Origin: an uncultured Chloroflexia bacterium
Lineage (GTDB): Bacteria; Chloroflexota; Limnocylindria; Limnocylindrales; CSP1-4
Assembly: GCA_963746845.1 (NCBI GenBank)
Contig: CAVVCZ010000002.1
Span: 128,001 to 192,000, forward strand
Reading direction: 5' to 3'
Length of the DNA stretch: 64,000 nucleotides
In this document: positions 1 to 10,149 of the stretch, piece by piece
Layout: the number at the start of each line of letters is the position of its first letter
Position numbering within the stretch: the stretch's first letter is position 1
Position numbers and translations under genes: made by a program
The notes under the pieces: generated by a model
Told to the model about the DNA's origin: nothing
What the model saw: only the letters and a program-made list of their open reading frames with translations
The model's database searches: none

Positions 1-38
1 CGACCGGAGGATCGGCGCGTCGGTGTCGGAGAGTCCAT
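1..38 (-). CDS. 5' end of a possible gene running off the window (MDSPTPTRRSSG...)
   Basis: ATG at 38-36 on the minus strand, downstream of a promoter region homologous to the one preceding the Tad cassette at ~10030; only 12 codons visible. Confidence 0.35.
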   Translation of the reverse strand, partial: MDSPTPTRRSSG

Positions 39-102
39 AGGTTTGCTCGTGTGCGACTTTGGTGCGGTACAGAAGAGTCCGGGGCGGATGATCGGCTGCG
101 GA

Positions 103-122
103 CCTTGCAACGAGCCTTGCAA
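103..122 (-). promoter_or_regulatory. TGCAA(G/T)G direct-repeat site, copy 1
   Basis: Minus strand reads ttgcaaggctcg-ttgcaagg with a 12-bp period; same motif at 2543-2562 and 10028-10047. Confidence 0.6.
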
Positions 123-180
123 CGGCGCACCCGTGCACCGATCGGCAGGACCATCGGCGGCCCACCACTGGACCGGAGTC

Positions 181-1711
181 CTACTCTGCCGCTCCGCCTT
201 CCTCCGGCGGCTCACCGGGCAGGAACACGCTGAACGCCGCGCCGCGGCCGGCCGCGGCCGGCTCGAGGACGAGGTCGCCGTCCATCGCCCGGCACAGCTC
301 CCGCGACACGTAGAGGCCGAGCCCGCTGCCGTCGTCGGCGGTCCGCTCCGCCCCTCGCTCGAACCGCCGGAACAGCCGCGCCCGGTCCGAGTCCGTGACG
401 CCCGCCCCGTGGTCGACGATCGTCAGCCGGATCCTGGGCTCGCCGGCGGTCGTGTCCGGCGCGATCTCGATGTCGATCGGGGACCGCTCGCCGTACTTCA
501 CCGCGTTGTCGAGGAGCGCCCACAGGACCTGGTCGAGCTGGTCGAGATCCGCGACTGCGAGCCAGCCGTCCGACCGGTCGTCCACCGTGAACGGGACGCC
601 GCTGACCGCGAGCGCCTCCCACGCCCGGCGCACCGGTGAGGCCAGGGCGACGACCTCGCCCCGCGGCCGGAGCGCGCCGGACTCCAGCCGGGTCACGGTC
701 AGCAGCTGGCGGACCATCCGCGACAGCCGATCGGTCTGCTCGACGATGATCCCGAGCCGCCGGTCCGGCTGGTCGCGGGCGAGCTGATCCGCGGTCGCGC
801 GGATGCTCGTCAGCGGGGTCTGGAGGTTGTGGCTGACCCCGCGGAGGAAGTCGTCCTTCGCGGCGTCCAGCTCGAGCAGCTGGGCGTTCTGGGACTCGAC
901 CTGGGCGAAGAGCTGGGCATTCCGGATCGCGACCGAGATTTCGCTGGCGTACAGCTCGAGGAGGTCCTGGTCGGCCCGGTCCCACGTGCGGGTCGCCGGC
1001 AGGTGTCCCGCGAGCAGGCCGATCGCCTCCGTCCCGAGGTGGAGATCCGCCCGGACCGGCAGGGACTCGCCGGGGATCCGCACCTCCCGCGGGATCGTCG
1101 TCGGGTCGACGAGGAGGACCGACGCGTCGATCATCCCGAAGGCGGTCCGGGCGTTGCTGGCCGCGCGACCCGCGATGAACTCGGGGCCGTCGCGCGGCGA
1201 GCCGCTCTCGATGGCCTCGAGGATCCGCCCCAGCTCGCGGTTGCGTCGCTCGAGGTCCGCGGCGAGGCGGTTGTGGCACTCGGCGAGCTGCGCCAGCTCG
1301 TCCTCGCCGGGCACGATGATCGGGGTCGACAGGTCGCCGGCCGAAGTCCGCTCGACGGCTGCCGCGATCGCGCGGAGCGGGGCGGTCAGGTCCGCGGCCA
1401 GGAGGTAGGCGAGAAAGACCGCGATCATCGCCGCGAACACGAGGACCAGCAGGAGCAGCCGCCCGGCCGTGGCGGTGTCGATCTGGCCGATGAGGAAGAC
1501 GACCGCCCCGAACAGGGCCAGCGGGATGATCGCCGCGGCGATCAGCCCGGTCATCAACCGCGTCCGGAACGACGGGTTGATCCCGAGGATTCCGCCGCCC
1601 GCGGTGGTGCGTGCGTCGGGCGGGGTCGGTGTCGTCGGTGCCGACGTCCGGGAACACGAGCCCGTCGTCGCCGGGGTGGTCGGCGTCGTAGGCCCGGCCC
1701 TGGTCAGGCAT
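181..1711 (-). CDS. Sensor histidine kinase (2 TM, HAMP, GAF-like, HisKA, HATPase); probable frameshift near 1615
   Basis: H-box VSHNLQTPLTSI, N-box LLDNAVKY, G boxes DHGAG and GSGLGL, HAMP PLRAI...DEL. ATG 1711 overlaps the regulator stop but is in another frame, so the start is uncertain. Confidence 0.9.
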
Positions 1712-2459
1712 CGCCGGCGTCGTCGGCGCGGGGAACCCCGGGTGGATCGTTCGTCGCGATGGCCAGCCGGTAGCCGACGCCGCGGACGGTCTGGAGGTGG
1801 ACGGGGCGGTTCGGGTCGATCTCGACCTTCTGGCGGAGCCGGCGCATCGTCACCCAGACGTAGGACGGGTCGGCGTCCTCCGTCTCGGCCCAGCCGCGTG
1901 CCAGCAGCGTCTCCGTGGTGACGGTCTGGCCGAGGTTCGCGGCCAGCGCGTACAGCAGGCGCGACTCGGTCGGGGTCAGCTGGACGATGTCCTCGCCGAC
2001 CGTGGCCTCGCGGCGGTGCAGGTCGAGGGTCAGGTTCGGCCCGAGGACGAGGCTCTGCCGGGGGACCTTGTCGCCGAGCCGGCGCAACACCCGGTTGATC
2101 CTCGCCCGCAGCTCGGGGTAGTGGTAGGGCTTCGTGACGTAGTCCTCGGCGACCTCCTCGAGGAGATCGGCCTTGGAGTCGCCGGCATCGATCGCCGACA
2201 GCACGATGATCGGCAGGTCGGCCCGGCCCTTGATCTCGCGGGCGAGGGTGAGGCCGTCCATCCGCGGCATCATCATGTCGATCACGAGGAGGTCCGGCCA
2301 GCCGCTCCGGAGTCGGCGGATCGCCTCGTCGCCGTCGCGCGCGGTCTGGATCTCGAAGCCGTCGGACCGGAGCTGGTCCGCCAGGAGGACGAGCAGGTTC
2401 GGGTCGTCGTCGACGATCAGGATCCGCGGCGCCGCGTGGCCGGATCCGCCGCTCAGCAT
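1704..2459 (-). CDS. OmpR/PhoB-family response regulator
   Basis: ILIVDDD, DMMMPRMDG, DYVTKPY receiver motifs; wHTH LTPTE...RLRQKVE...QTVRGVGY. Confidence 0.95.
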   Translation of the reverse strand: MLSGGSGHAAPRILIVDDDPNLLVLLADQLRSDGFEIQTARDGDEAIRRLRSGWPDLLVIDMMMPRMDGLTLAREIKGRADLPIIVLSAIDAGDSKADLLEEVAEDYVTKPYHYPELRARINRVLRRLGDKVPRQSLVLGPNLTLDLHRREATVGEDIVQLTPTESRLLYALAANLGQTVTTETLLARGWAETEDADPSYVWVTMRRLRQKVEIDPNRPVHLQTVRGVGYRLAIATNDPPGVPRADDAGDA

Positions 2460-2542
2460 CGTTCGAGGATACCGGACGGCGCATGGCGGCAACGGACCCG
2501 GACCATTGGGCCGGACCATCGTCCGGGGCCAAGGGGCCCTTT

Positions 2543-2562
2543 TTGCAATGGACGGTGCAAGG
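2543..2562 (+). promoter_or_regulatory. TGCAA(G/T)G direct-repeat site, copy 2, in the divergent regulator/tadE intergenic region
   Basis: ttgcaatggacg-gtgcaagg with a 12-bp period. Confidence 0.6.
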
Positions 2563-2613
2563 CGCCTCCCATACGGTCGGTTCGTCAGCCCATCTGACTC
2601 GGAGAGCCAAACC

Positions 2614-3291
2614 GTGAGGCATCCCTTCCATCGATCCGGTGCGCATGCCGGGCCACCTGCACCGACCGACGGCCGATCGACGCCGTTCGGCTTCGGGCGG
2701 GCCCGCGCGCGCCGACGACGGTCGGGCCAGTCCCTCGTCGAGTTCGCGCTCGTCGTGCCGATCTTCTTCACCCTCCTGACCGGCATCATCGAGTTCTCGC
2801 TGGCCCTCAACGCCGTCCTCGCCGTGAACTTCGCGAGCCGCGACGCCGCGCTCATCGCCTCCGAGGGTGGCAACTCCGTCGGATCGGACTGCGCGATCCT
2901 CCGGACCGTCCAGGATCGCATCGGCCCGCCCGCCGACGACGACAAGATCATCGACGTCACGGTCTACCGGGCGAACACCGTCGGCCAGGCCGTCCCGGTC
3001 GGGTCCCCCGACAAGAACGTCTACGCGCGCGGCGGATCGATGGACTGCCCGTTGCCCGGCGACCCGACGTCGACGATCGCGTTCCACCTGGTCGGCTCCG
3101 CGGGCTATCTCGAGACGACCCGCTGCAACACCCTCGCGGGCTGCGGCGGCGGACGGACGCTCGACCACATCGGCGTCGAGATCCGCTACACGTACGAGTG
3201 GCACACGCCGCTCAAGGCGTTCATCGGGCTCTCGGGCAACGGCTATACCGTCGACAAGGCCAACTCGATGCGCATCGAGCCGATCCTGTGA
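2614..3291 (+). CDS. TadE/TadG-like pseudopilin (cassette A, gene 1)
   Basis: Prepilin site G|QSLVEFALVVP, hydrophobic helix, ASRDAA; GTG start with GGAGAG upstream. Confidence 0.88.
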   Translation: MRHPFHRSGAHAGPPAPTDGRSTPFGFGRARARRRRSGQSLVEFALVVPIFFTLLTGIIEFSLALNAVLAVNFASRDAALIASEGGNSVGSDCAILRTVQDRIGPPADDDKIIDVTVYRANTVGQAVPVGSPDKNVYARGGSMDCPLPGDPTSTIAFHLVGSAGYLETTRCNTLAGCGGGRTLDHIGVEIRYTYEWHTPLKAFIGLSGNGYTVDKANSMRIEPIL

Positions 3292-3901
3292 TCCGCTCGC
3301 TGGCCGTTCGACCCTTTGGCGCTCGTCGTCGCCGGCGGACCCGCGGGCAGTCGCTCGTCGAGTTCGCGATCGGCGTGCCGCTGTTCCTGCTCCTCCTCCT
3401 GGGGATGGTGGAGTTCGGGTTCGTGTTCACCCACCACATCGGGCTCGAGTACGCCACGCGCGAGGGCGCCCGGATGGGCTCCGCCCTCGCCTCGGGGACC
3501 TCGCAGGTCGCCTGCACGCGACGTCGACAACAACGTCATCGCCGCGCTCCAGCGCGTCGTGACGTCGCCCGGCTCGCAGATCAAGGTCGGGAACATCAGC
3601 CAGATCCAGATCTACAGCGCGAACGCGAGCGGCAACCCGGTCGGCTCGCTGATCAACACGTGGGTCCCGGGCACGGGCCCGACGCGTCGACGGCGTCGCG
3701 CTGCTGTTCCGCAACACGAGCGTCGGTTGGCCCGCCTGCCCGGTGGGCAACCGGGACAACGGCGCGTCCCCCGACTCGATCGGGGTCAGCCTCACCTACA
3801 CCTACGACTTCGTGACCCCGCTGGGGAACTTCGTCGCCGCCTTCGGGACGAGCCACCTGACCATGACCGACAAGACGGTCATGGCACTGAATCCGAGCTG
3901 A
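3288..3901 (+). CDS. TadE-like pseudopilin (cassette A, gene 2), frameshifted near 3520 and 3685
   Basis: G|QSLVEFAIGVP...YATREGAR; continues in other frames to DSIGVSLTYTY...DKTVMALNPS*, matching the paralog at 8703-9328. Confidence 0.82.
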
Positions 3902-3989
3902 GTGAGCATGCCTGAGATCGCCGTCCGCACCTCGGCCCCGAGTTCGGGGCTCCGACCGCACGAAGCCGCCGCGGTCGCGCGGCCAGATC

Positions 3990-6086
3990 GTGGTCATGCT
4001 GGCGATGTCGATCATCGTCCTGTGCGGGATGGTGGCGCTCGTCATCGACGTCGCCTGGTACTGGTCGTCCTCGCTGCGGGTCCAGCGCGCCGCCGACGCG
4101 GCGGCCCTGGCCGGCGTGGTCTGGCTGCCCGGCAACCCGACGACGGCCTATTCCGTCGCGAATGCGGAAGCGACGAAGAACGGCTTCACGAACGGCGTGG
4201 CGGGGACGGTGATCACCACCCTGAAGGACGCCACGAACGACCGCCGCCTGAACGTCACGATCAGCACGCCGGTCGACACGTTCTTCATGCGCGTGTTCGG
4301 CATCACCTCGATCCCCGCCGTCCGCTCGTCGAAGGCGGAGTTCGTCCTGCCCGTGCCGATGGGCAGCCCGCAGAACTACTACGGCGTCGGGTTCTACGAG
4401 GGTCTGACCGGCGGTGCGAACCAGACGACGGGCCCGAACCTGCCCACGTCGAGCCTCAGCAGCGGATCGTTCGCCCAGTGGGCGAGCCGGACCAACGGCT
4501 ACACGAGCAACAACCAGTACGCCACCGGGACGGTCGGCCAGGGAACGGCCGGTCAGACCCAGGCCTACGGGACGTTCGGCCTGAACGTGCCCGGGACGAA
4601 CACGATCAGCGGCATCGAGATCCACATCGAGGCCAAGGCGAGCGACCCCGCGGGGTGCAAGCTCGCCGTCGAGCTCTCGAAGGACAACGGGACGACGTGG
4701 ACGTCGACGAACAAGATGATCGACCTGACCGGCAGTGACCCGGCATCGCCCTGGCCGCTCCTCGGTGGCTCGAGCGACCTGTGGGGCACGACCTGGACGG
4801 CGCCCGACTTCGCCGACGGCAAGTTCCTCGTCCGTCTCCGGGCCTTCGACCCGGAGGCGACGAACGACGCCGCGAACAGCAACGCAGCCGCCTGCAACAA
4901 CACCGCGATCGTGTCGACCGACGCCCTGAACGTGACCGTCTACACGAAGACGGCGCGCGTCAAGACGCTCCTCAACGTCAACGACCCGCTCAGCGGCACC
5001 CCGCTGACGCCGCAGAACATCTGGGGCGCGGCGTTCACATCGGGCGGCACCCGCGAGAACGGCGACGAGTTCGACCCGATGTACCTCGGCAACGGTGCCG
5101 GCGGGGCGAAGGGCGACCCGAACCCCAACTACGATCCCGACGGCGTCGACTACACGGTCGAGTTCAGCGGGGGCGCGAGCGGCGGCCAGGTCCAGCTCTT
5201 CGACCCGATGTTCTGCGCGACCGGCGACAACGGCCACGGCGGCTCGTACGGCGCCGGCGACCACTGGACCGACCATGCGCCGTCCCAGGTCACCGCGCCC
5301 GTCGCGGTCACCTACCGCCTGTACGACATGCACGGCACGCCGCTCGACAACAGCGACGACGGCGCCCCGATCGCGACCCTGAACTACGACCCGGGCACGA
5401 AGACCATGGGCGACTTCAGCGGCGACTTCGGGACGCCGGCCAACTCGACCGACCCCAACGGCCAGGACTGCTCGACCAACCCGGCCCACAACCACTGGGT
5501 GGCGCTCGCCTCGGGTCTCGCCCAGGGCATGTACCGGGTCAACGTCAACACGACCGTCGACGCGGGCAATGCGAACGTCGGCGCCGAGAACCTGTACTCG
5601 ATCTACGTCAACGCGACCGGCGGCAAGGCCCGCGTCTACGGTGGCGGGCGGATGGTGGCCTACGCGAACATGGACGCCGCGACGAGCACGTTCTACTTCG
5701 CCCAGATCGAGAAGGTCCACGCCGGCAAGACGATGGTCATCTCGATCTTCGACCCGGGCGAGTCGTCCGGCGACGCGTTCCTCCGGATCAAGAGCCCGGA
5801 CAACAACACCTACACCAACGTCAACTTCACGTGGGCCGCCGATGACGGCCGAACCGGCTCGGGCACCCAGATCCAGACCTCGGTCGGCGGGGCGGCCCAG
5901 TTCAACAACCACCTCGTGACGATCTCGATCCCGCTGCCGGCGACGTACGGCTCGGTCGGCCTGACGCCACCGGGCGAGACGGAGCCCGGCTGGTGGAAGA
6001 TCGAGTACCAGATGAACGGCGCCAACGACACGACGACGTGGGGCGTCAACATCAACGGCAACCCGGTCCACCTGATCATCCCCTGA
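3990..6086 (+). CDS. Large TadG/Tad-domain pilin with extended adhesin-like extracellular region (cassette A, gene 3); true start probably ~3908 with a frameshift
   Basis: RG|QIVVMLA...ALVIDVA...VQRAADAAALAG Tad signature; Thr/Asn/Gly-rich body with paired Cys. Confidence 0.88.
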   Translation: MVMLAMSIIVLCGMVALVIDVAWYWSSSLRVQRAADAAALAGVVWLPGNPTTAYSVANAEATKNGFTNGVAGTVITTLKDATNDRRLNVTISTPVDTFFMRVFGITSIPAVRSSKAEFVLPVPMGSPQNYYGVGFYEGLTGGANQTTGPNLPTSSLSSGSFAQWASRTNGYTSNNQYATGTVGQGTAGQTQAYGTFGLNVPGTNTISGIEIHIEAKASDPAGCKLAVELSKDNGTTWTSTNKMIDLTGSDPASPWPLLGGSSDLWGTTWTAPDFADGKFLVRLRAFDPEATNDAANSNAAACNNTAIVSTDALNVTVYTKTARVKTLLNVNDPLSGTPLTPQNIWGAAFTSGGTRENGDEFDPMYLGNGAGGAKGDPNPNYDPDGVDYTVEFSGGASGGQVQLFDPMFCATGDNGHGGSYGAGDHWTDHAPSQVTAPVAVTYRLYDMHGTPLDNSDDGAPIATLNYDPGTKTMGDFSGDFGTPANSTDPNGQDCSTNPAHNHWVALASGLAQGMYRVNVNTTVDAGNANVGAENLYSIYVNATGGKARVYGGGRMVAYANMDAATSTFYFAQIEKVHAGKTMVISIFDPGESSGDAFLRIKSPDNNTYTNVNFTWAADDGRTGSGTQIQTSVGGAAQFNNHLVTISIPLPATYGSVGLTPPGETEPGWWKIEYQMNGANDTTTWGVNINGNPVHLIIP
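4356..4390. repeat. 35-bp perfect inverted-repeat arm (partner 8203-8237)
   Basis: ccgatgggcagcccgcagaactactacggcgtcgg, identical in both TadG paralogs in opposite orientation. Confidence 0.85.
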
Positions 6087-6116
6087 CCGATCCGCGATCG
6101 GGCACCGCGGAATCAA

Positions 6117-6145
6117 GAGGCTGACCGGCGATGCCGGTCAGCCTC
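6117..6145. terminator. Hairpin terminator between the convergent cassettes
   Basis: gaggctgaccggc-gat-gccggtcagcctc 13-bp stem followed by gttcgttc. Confidence 0.7.
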
Positions 6146-6176
6146 GTTCGTTCGTGACGGAAGACGATCCCGCGGA

Positions 6177-6287
6177 TCAGCTGACGTCCGGCGGTTGGCC
6201 GTACAGGTAGATGAACGTCGCCAGGGCCGCGGCGAAGATCACGACCAGGACCGTCATCACGATGACGGCGATCAGCGGGCGACTCAT
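6177..6287 (-). CDS. 36-aa single-pass membrane microprotein (MSRPLIAVIVMTVLVVIFAAALATFIYLYGQPPDVS)
   Basis: Translated by hand, absent from the ORF track; G/C third positions; one TM helix; directly downstream of cassette B tadG. Confidence 0.55.
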   Translation of the reverse strand: MSRPLIAVIVMTVLVVIFAAALATFIYLYGQPPDVS

Positions 6288-6312
6288 CGTTGCCAAGGTC
6301 AGCGCGTCCCGC

Positions 6313-8676
6313 TCACCCGGTCACGAGGTGGACGGGGTTGCCCCGGATGTTGACGGACCAGGTCGTCAGGTCGGTCGAGGGGTTGTCGTTGGAGTTCCCA
6401 CCCATCGAGTACTGGATCTTCCACCAGCCCCCTTCGGCCTCACCGGTCGGCTTCGGCGCCTTGTACAGGTTGTCGATCTTGATGCACAGCCGGAGCCAGT
6501 AGCCGTTGTACAGGCCGCCGTTGCCGTTGCTCGTCTGGATGGTCTGGGTCGGCGTTGCTCGAGTTCTGGTCGCAGACGAAGGTGGACGGGATCGTGGTGC
6601 CCTGGATCGACTTGTAGTAGAAGGTCGCCTTCTGGTAGCCGCTCGTGCGGTCGGCATCAGGATCGACAGGTCGGCGGGCAGCTGGCCCGTGTCGCCCGGG
6701 TCCCACAGGTCGATGTCCATCCACTTGCCGGCGTACTCCTTGTCGATCTGGGCGAGATAGAACGTCGACGTCTGGTCGGCCGGCAGCGGGAAGTACGCCT
6801 CCATCGAACCGAGGCCGTGGACCCGCGGCGTGCCACCGGAGGCCTTCGTCCAGAGCGCGAACGCGTTCAGCCCGGTGCTGTCGCTCTGGTCGTCGCCGCC
6901 ACTCTGCGACTCCGACGTCGTGTGGACGCGATAGGTCCCCGGCACCGAGGCCGCCGGCAAGCTGCCACCACCCCGACTGCGTGCCCCCGGGCGTCTTGTG
7001 CCAGCTCGCGTTGGCGCAGGACGCCGGTGAGCCGGTGTAGCCGTTGCTGTTGTCGCCGTCGAGGTTCGGGTCGTAGAGATAGCTGCGGGTGAACGTGGTG
7101 CCGGACGTAGCGACCATCGTGTCGTCGGACCGGTCGTAGAGCGTGTCCTTGGTGTTCCACAGCTCGTACAGGGCCGACACCGGGTGCTTGCTGGATGCGC
7201 CGTTCGAGCCGCCCACGGTCCAGTACTCGCCGGTGCCCTCCCCGAATCGACGTCACAGAAGCCCGGGTCGAAGATCCAGACCTCGCCAAGCGACGCACCG
7301 TTCGGGATGTCGACTTCGTAGTTGTAGTAGTTGTCGGGGTCATAGGCGGGGTTCGTCGCCGACTTGCGGGTCGCGTAGCCGGTCATGAAGGCGTCGCCCT
7401 GGATCGACGGTGAGCCGTAGCTGTTCATCGCGCCCCAGAAGAGCTGCGGGGCGAGGACGGTGCCGTCCGGCGCCTTGACCGGCTGAGGCGACGGCGGGTT
7501 CTCGTGACGGTCGTCGTCGTCCTCGTGTAGTTCACCTGGGCCTGGAGGCGTCGAGCGCGACCCCACGGTCCACGCCGTTGTTGCCGGTGGACCCGCAGCC
7601 GGTGCCCTCGACCCAGCGCAGCCGGACCTCGAAGATCGTGGTCGTCGAAGTCGTTGTACGTCCAGGATGGCCGCGAACGCTGCGATGTCCGCTACGTCGA
7701 CGGACGACGAGCGTCTGGTCGGTGGTGCTCGTGATCGGGACGATGATCGGATTCAGCCAATGCGCCTGCGACGGCACGGCGCCGCCGCCCCAGAGGACCT
7801 GGATCTCGACCTGAGCAGTTCGTCTTCGCGTTCTGGGTGTTGGTCGGCGTGAGGTGGATGTCGCGGAGCCGGACCTCGACCTGGGTGATCTGGATCTGGC
7901 GTCGTCGTGGTGACGTTGCCGTTCGTGGTCGTGCCGGGTGTCGGGATGTTCGAGCTGCCCTGGAGGCCGAAGTCGCGCCAGATCTGCAGTGTCGCCGTTG
8001 GTGTTCTCGATGCGCGTACTGCGGGTTGTCGTTCTCGTCGTTCTCGGCGCGACGTCGGGGCTCGTCCCAGGTCTGCGAATCCGGCAGGTTGCCCTGGTTG
8101 TTGCCGTTCCGGGTGATGCGTGTCGTTCGGCCGCTCGAAGCCCGTGTTGCCCGGACCGGCTGGCCCGTGTGGTCGTCGTGAACGTCGGGCACGTTGTACA
8201 GGCCGACGCCGTAGTAGTTCTGCGGGCTGCCCATCGGAACCGGGAGGTTGTACTCCGCGTCCGACTGCCGGCTCACCATCACCGTCGGGAAGCCGACGAG
8301 CCGCATGAAGAACGTCTGGACCGGCGCCGTGATGAGGACGTGCATCCGGTGCAGGTTCTGGGGATCCTGGTTCGGCGCCACGACCGTCGTGCCGCCCGGG
8401 ACGTAGCCGTTCTTCTTGGCCTCCGCGAGGGCCAGACCGATCGCCCTTGCCGGGGTCGTTCGGGAGGGTCACGGCGCCCGCCAGGGCCGCGGCGTCCGCG
8501 GCGCGCTGGACCCGCAGGGCGTTCGACCACAGCCAGCTCACGTCGATGACGATCGCGACCATCAGGAGGAGGAGCGTGATCGCGCTCGCGAAGATGACCA
8601 GGACCTGACCGCGCGGGCGCTTCCGGCCCGCGAGCGTCCTGGCGGGACCGGGCTGGGTCAGGGACACGCTGTTCAA
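6313..8676 (-). CDS. Large TadG/Tad-domain pilin/adhesin (cassette B, gene 3), multiple frameshifts
   Basis: RG|QVLVIF...VIDVS...VQRAADAAALAG; LPVPMGSPQNYYGVG; C-terminus GWWKIQY...TTWSVNIRGNPVHL matches the cassette A paralog, spread across frames. Confidence 0.82.
8203..8237. repeat. 35-bp perfect inverted-repeat arm (partner 4356-4390)
   Basis: Exact reverse complement of 4356-4390. Confidence 0.85.
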
Positions 8677-8702
8677 GGGACACCGGACGCTCCTCCATCC
8701 GA

Positions 8703-9328
8703 TCAGGGGTTCAGGGCCATGATGGTCCGATCCGAGATCGTGATCTGGGTACCCGCGCTGTTGAGGAGCACGCCGAGGGGCGTGATGCTCTTGTAGGTGT
8801 AGGTCAGGGAGATCCCGATCGAGTCCGCGGCCGGAACCTTGACGCCGGTTGCACGCGCTCCAGCGGTCCCGCCGGTCTGCTTCCAGAGCAGCTTCGTTCC
8901 GTCGACGTGTCGCCGCTGGCGCTCGGGACCCAGCTGTTGAACGAGGTCCCGACCTGGTTGCCGTTGGTGTCCGCCTTGTAGATCCGGATCTCGGAGACCT
9001 GGCCGGGCGGCACCTGCGACCCGGGCGACGTCAGGACGCGCTGGACCGCGGCGATGATCTGCCAGTCGATGGGCTCGACGCCGTTGATCACGGCGCCGCC
9101 GCACGGCGGGATCGGACCACTGCCGAGGGCGGCCCCGACCCGCGCCCCCTCGCGCGTCGCGTACTCGAGGGTCAGGTGGTGCGAGAACACGAACCCGAAC
9201 TCGAGCATGGCGAAGAGCAGGATCATGAACGCCGGGACGAGGATCGCGAACTCGACCACGCCCTGACCGCGCCGGCGGCTCCGCGCGTCGTCCGCTCCGG
9301 GCGCGGCGAGGGCCCACGGCCGGGTCAC
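8703..9328 (-). CDS. TadE-like pseudopilin (cassette B, gene 2), frameshifted near 8860-8910
   Basis: G|QGVVEFAILVP...EFGFVFSHHLTLEYATREGAR; C-terminus DSIGISLTYTY...DRTIMALNP. Confidence 0.82.
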
Positions 9329-9921
9329 AGGATGGGCTCCATCCGCATGACGTTGCCCTTGACCAGGGTCGACGTCCCGTTCGTCGTGAAGAACCCGCCG
9401 ATCGGGGTGCGCGACTTGTAGAGGTAGGTGACCTCGACCCCGATCTGGTCGATGTTGGTCCGCGTGGCGCCGAGGTTCAGACAGCCGGCGAGGATGTTGC
9501 AGCGGTTGGCCGGAGGATAGGCCTGCTGCCCGTTCACCGGCGAGTACGGGACCGTGATCGTGGTCCCGCCGGGCTGCTGGCAGGTCTTCGCGCCGCCGCG
9601 GGTGAAGATCGACGATTCGAGAGCGTTGCCGGCCTTGTCGGACCGGAAGATCCGGACCTGGGTCACCTGCGCCCGGTCCGCCGGGGCAGTGATGCTCGTC
9701 TCGACCGCAGCGAGGATCAGGCAGTCCGCGTCGCCCTCGTCACCGGCCTCGGCCGCGACGAGCGACGCCTCGCGGCTGGCGAAGTTGATGGCCAGCACCG
9801 CGTTCAGGACCATCGCGAACTCGACCACTGCGGTCAGCAGCAGGATGAAGATCGGGATGACGAGCGCGAACTCGACGAGTGCCTGACCCTTGCGTTCAGG
9901 CTTCCGCCGACGAACCAACAA
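9325..9921 (-). CDS. TadE-like pseudopilin (cassette B, gene 1)
   Basis: G|QALVEFALVIP...LNAVLAINFASREA...MRMEPIL; TTG start with GAGGGGG RBS. Confidence 0.88.
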   Translation of the reverse strand: MLVRRRKPERKGQALVEFALVIPIFILLLTAVVEFAMVLNAVLAINFASREASLVAAEAGDEGDADCLILAAVETSITAPADRAQVTQVRIFRSDKAGNALESSIFTRGGAKTCQQPGGTTITVPYSPVNGQQAYPPANRCNILAGCLNLGATRTNIDQIGVEVTYLYKSRTPIGGFFTTNGTSTLVKGNVMRMEPIL

Positions 9922-10027
9922 TGGTTGCCCCCTCGGCCGTCGGTTCCATGGATGAGGACGTGCCACTGGGCGATGAAATCGGAAGGAAGGGCGGGAACCG
10001 ACTGAGGCGCGGATGCTCCGGCGCGGA

Positions 10028-10055
10028 CATTGCAATCAACCTTGCATCGTTGCAA
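10028..10055 (-). promoter_or_regulatory. TGCAA(G/T)G direct-repeat site, copy 3, plus an extra TTGCAA
   Basis: Minus strand reads ttgcaacg-atgcaaggttga-ttgcaatg; flanks homologous to the site at 85-136. Confidence 0.6.
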
Positions 10056-10149
10056 TGGCGCACCGTGCGGGACGGGAATGGTGCGGTCCGGTGCGGATGA
10101 GGCCAGTACGTCGGTCCGGGGTGCCACCGGGACCATCGGCGGGCGACGG

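Noticed and set aside
103-140. TTGC motifs as sigma-54 promoters
   Set aside because: No consistent TGGCAC -24 box at the right distance; a direct repeat fits better
181-3204. 1007-aa ORF read as a single kinase
   Set aside because: The N-terminal half overlaps the response regulator and tadE in other frames; only the C-terminal ~480 aa is kinase
6313-9328. Calling cassette B, nth, the epimerase and tldD pseudogenes
   Set aside because: Motifs are intact across single-base indels and housekeeping genes are hit too, so sequencing error is more likely
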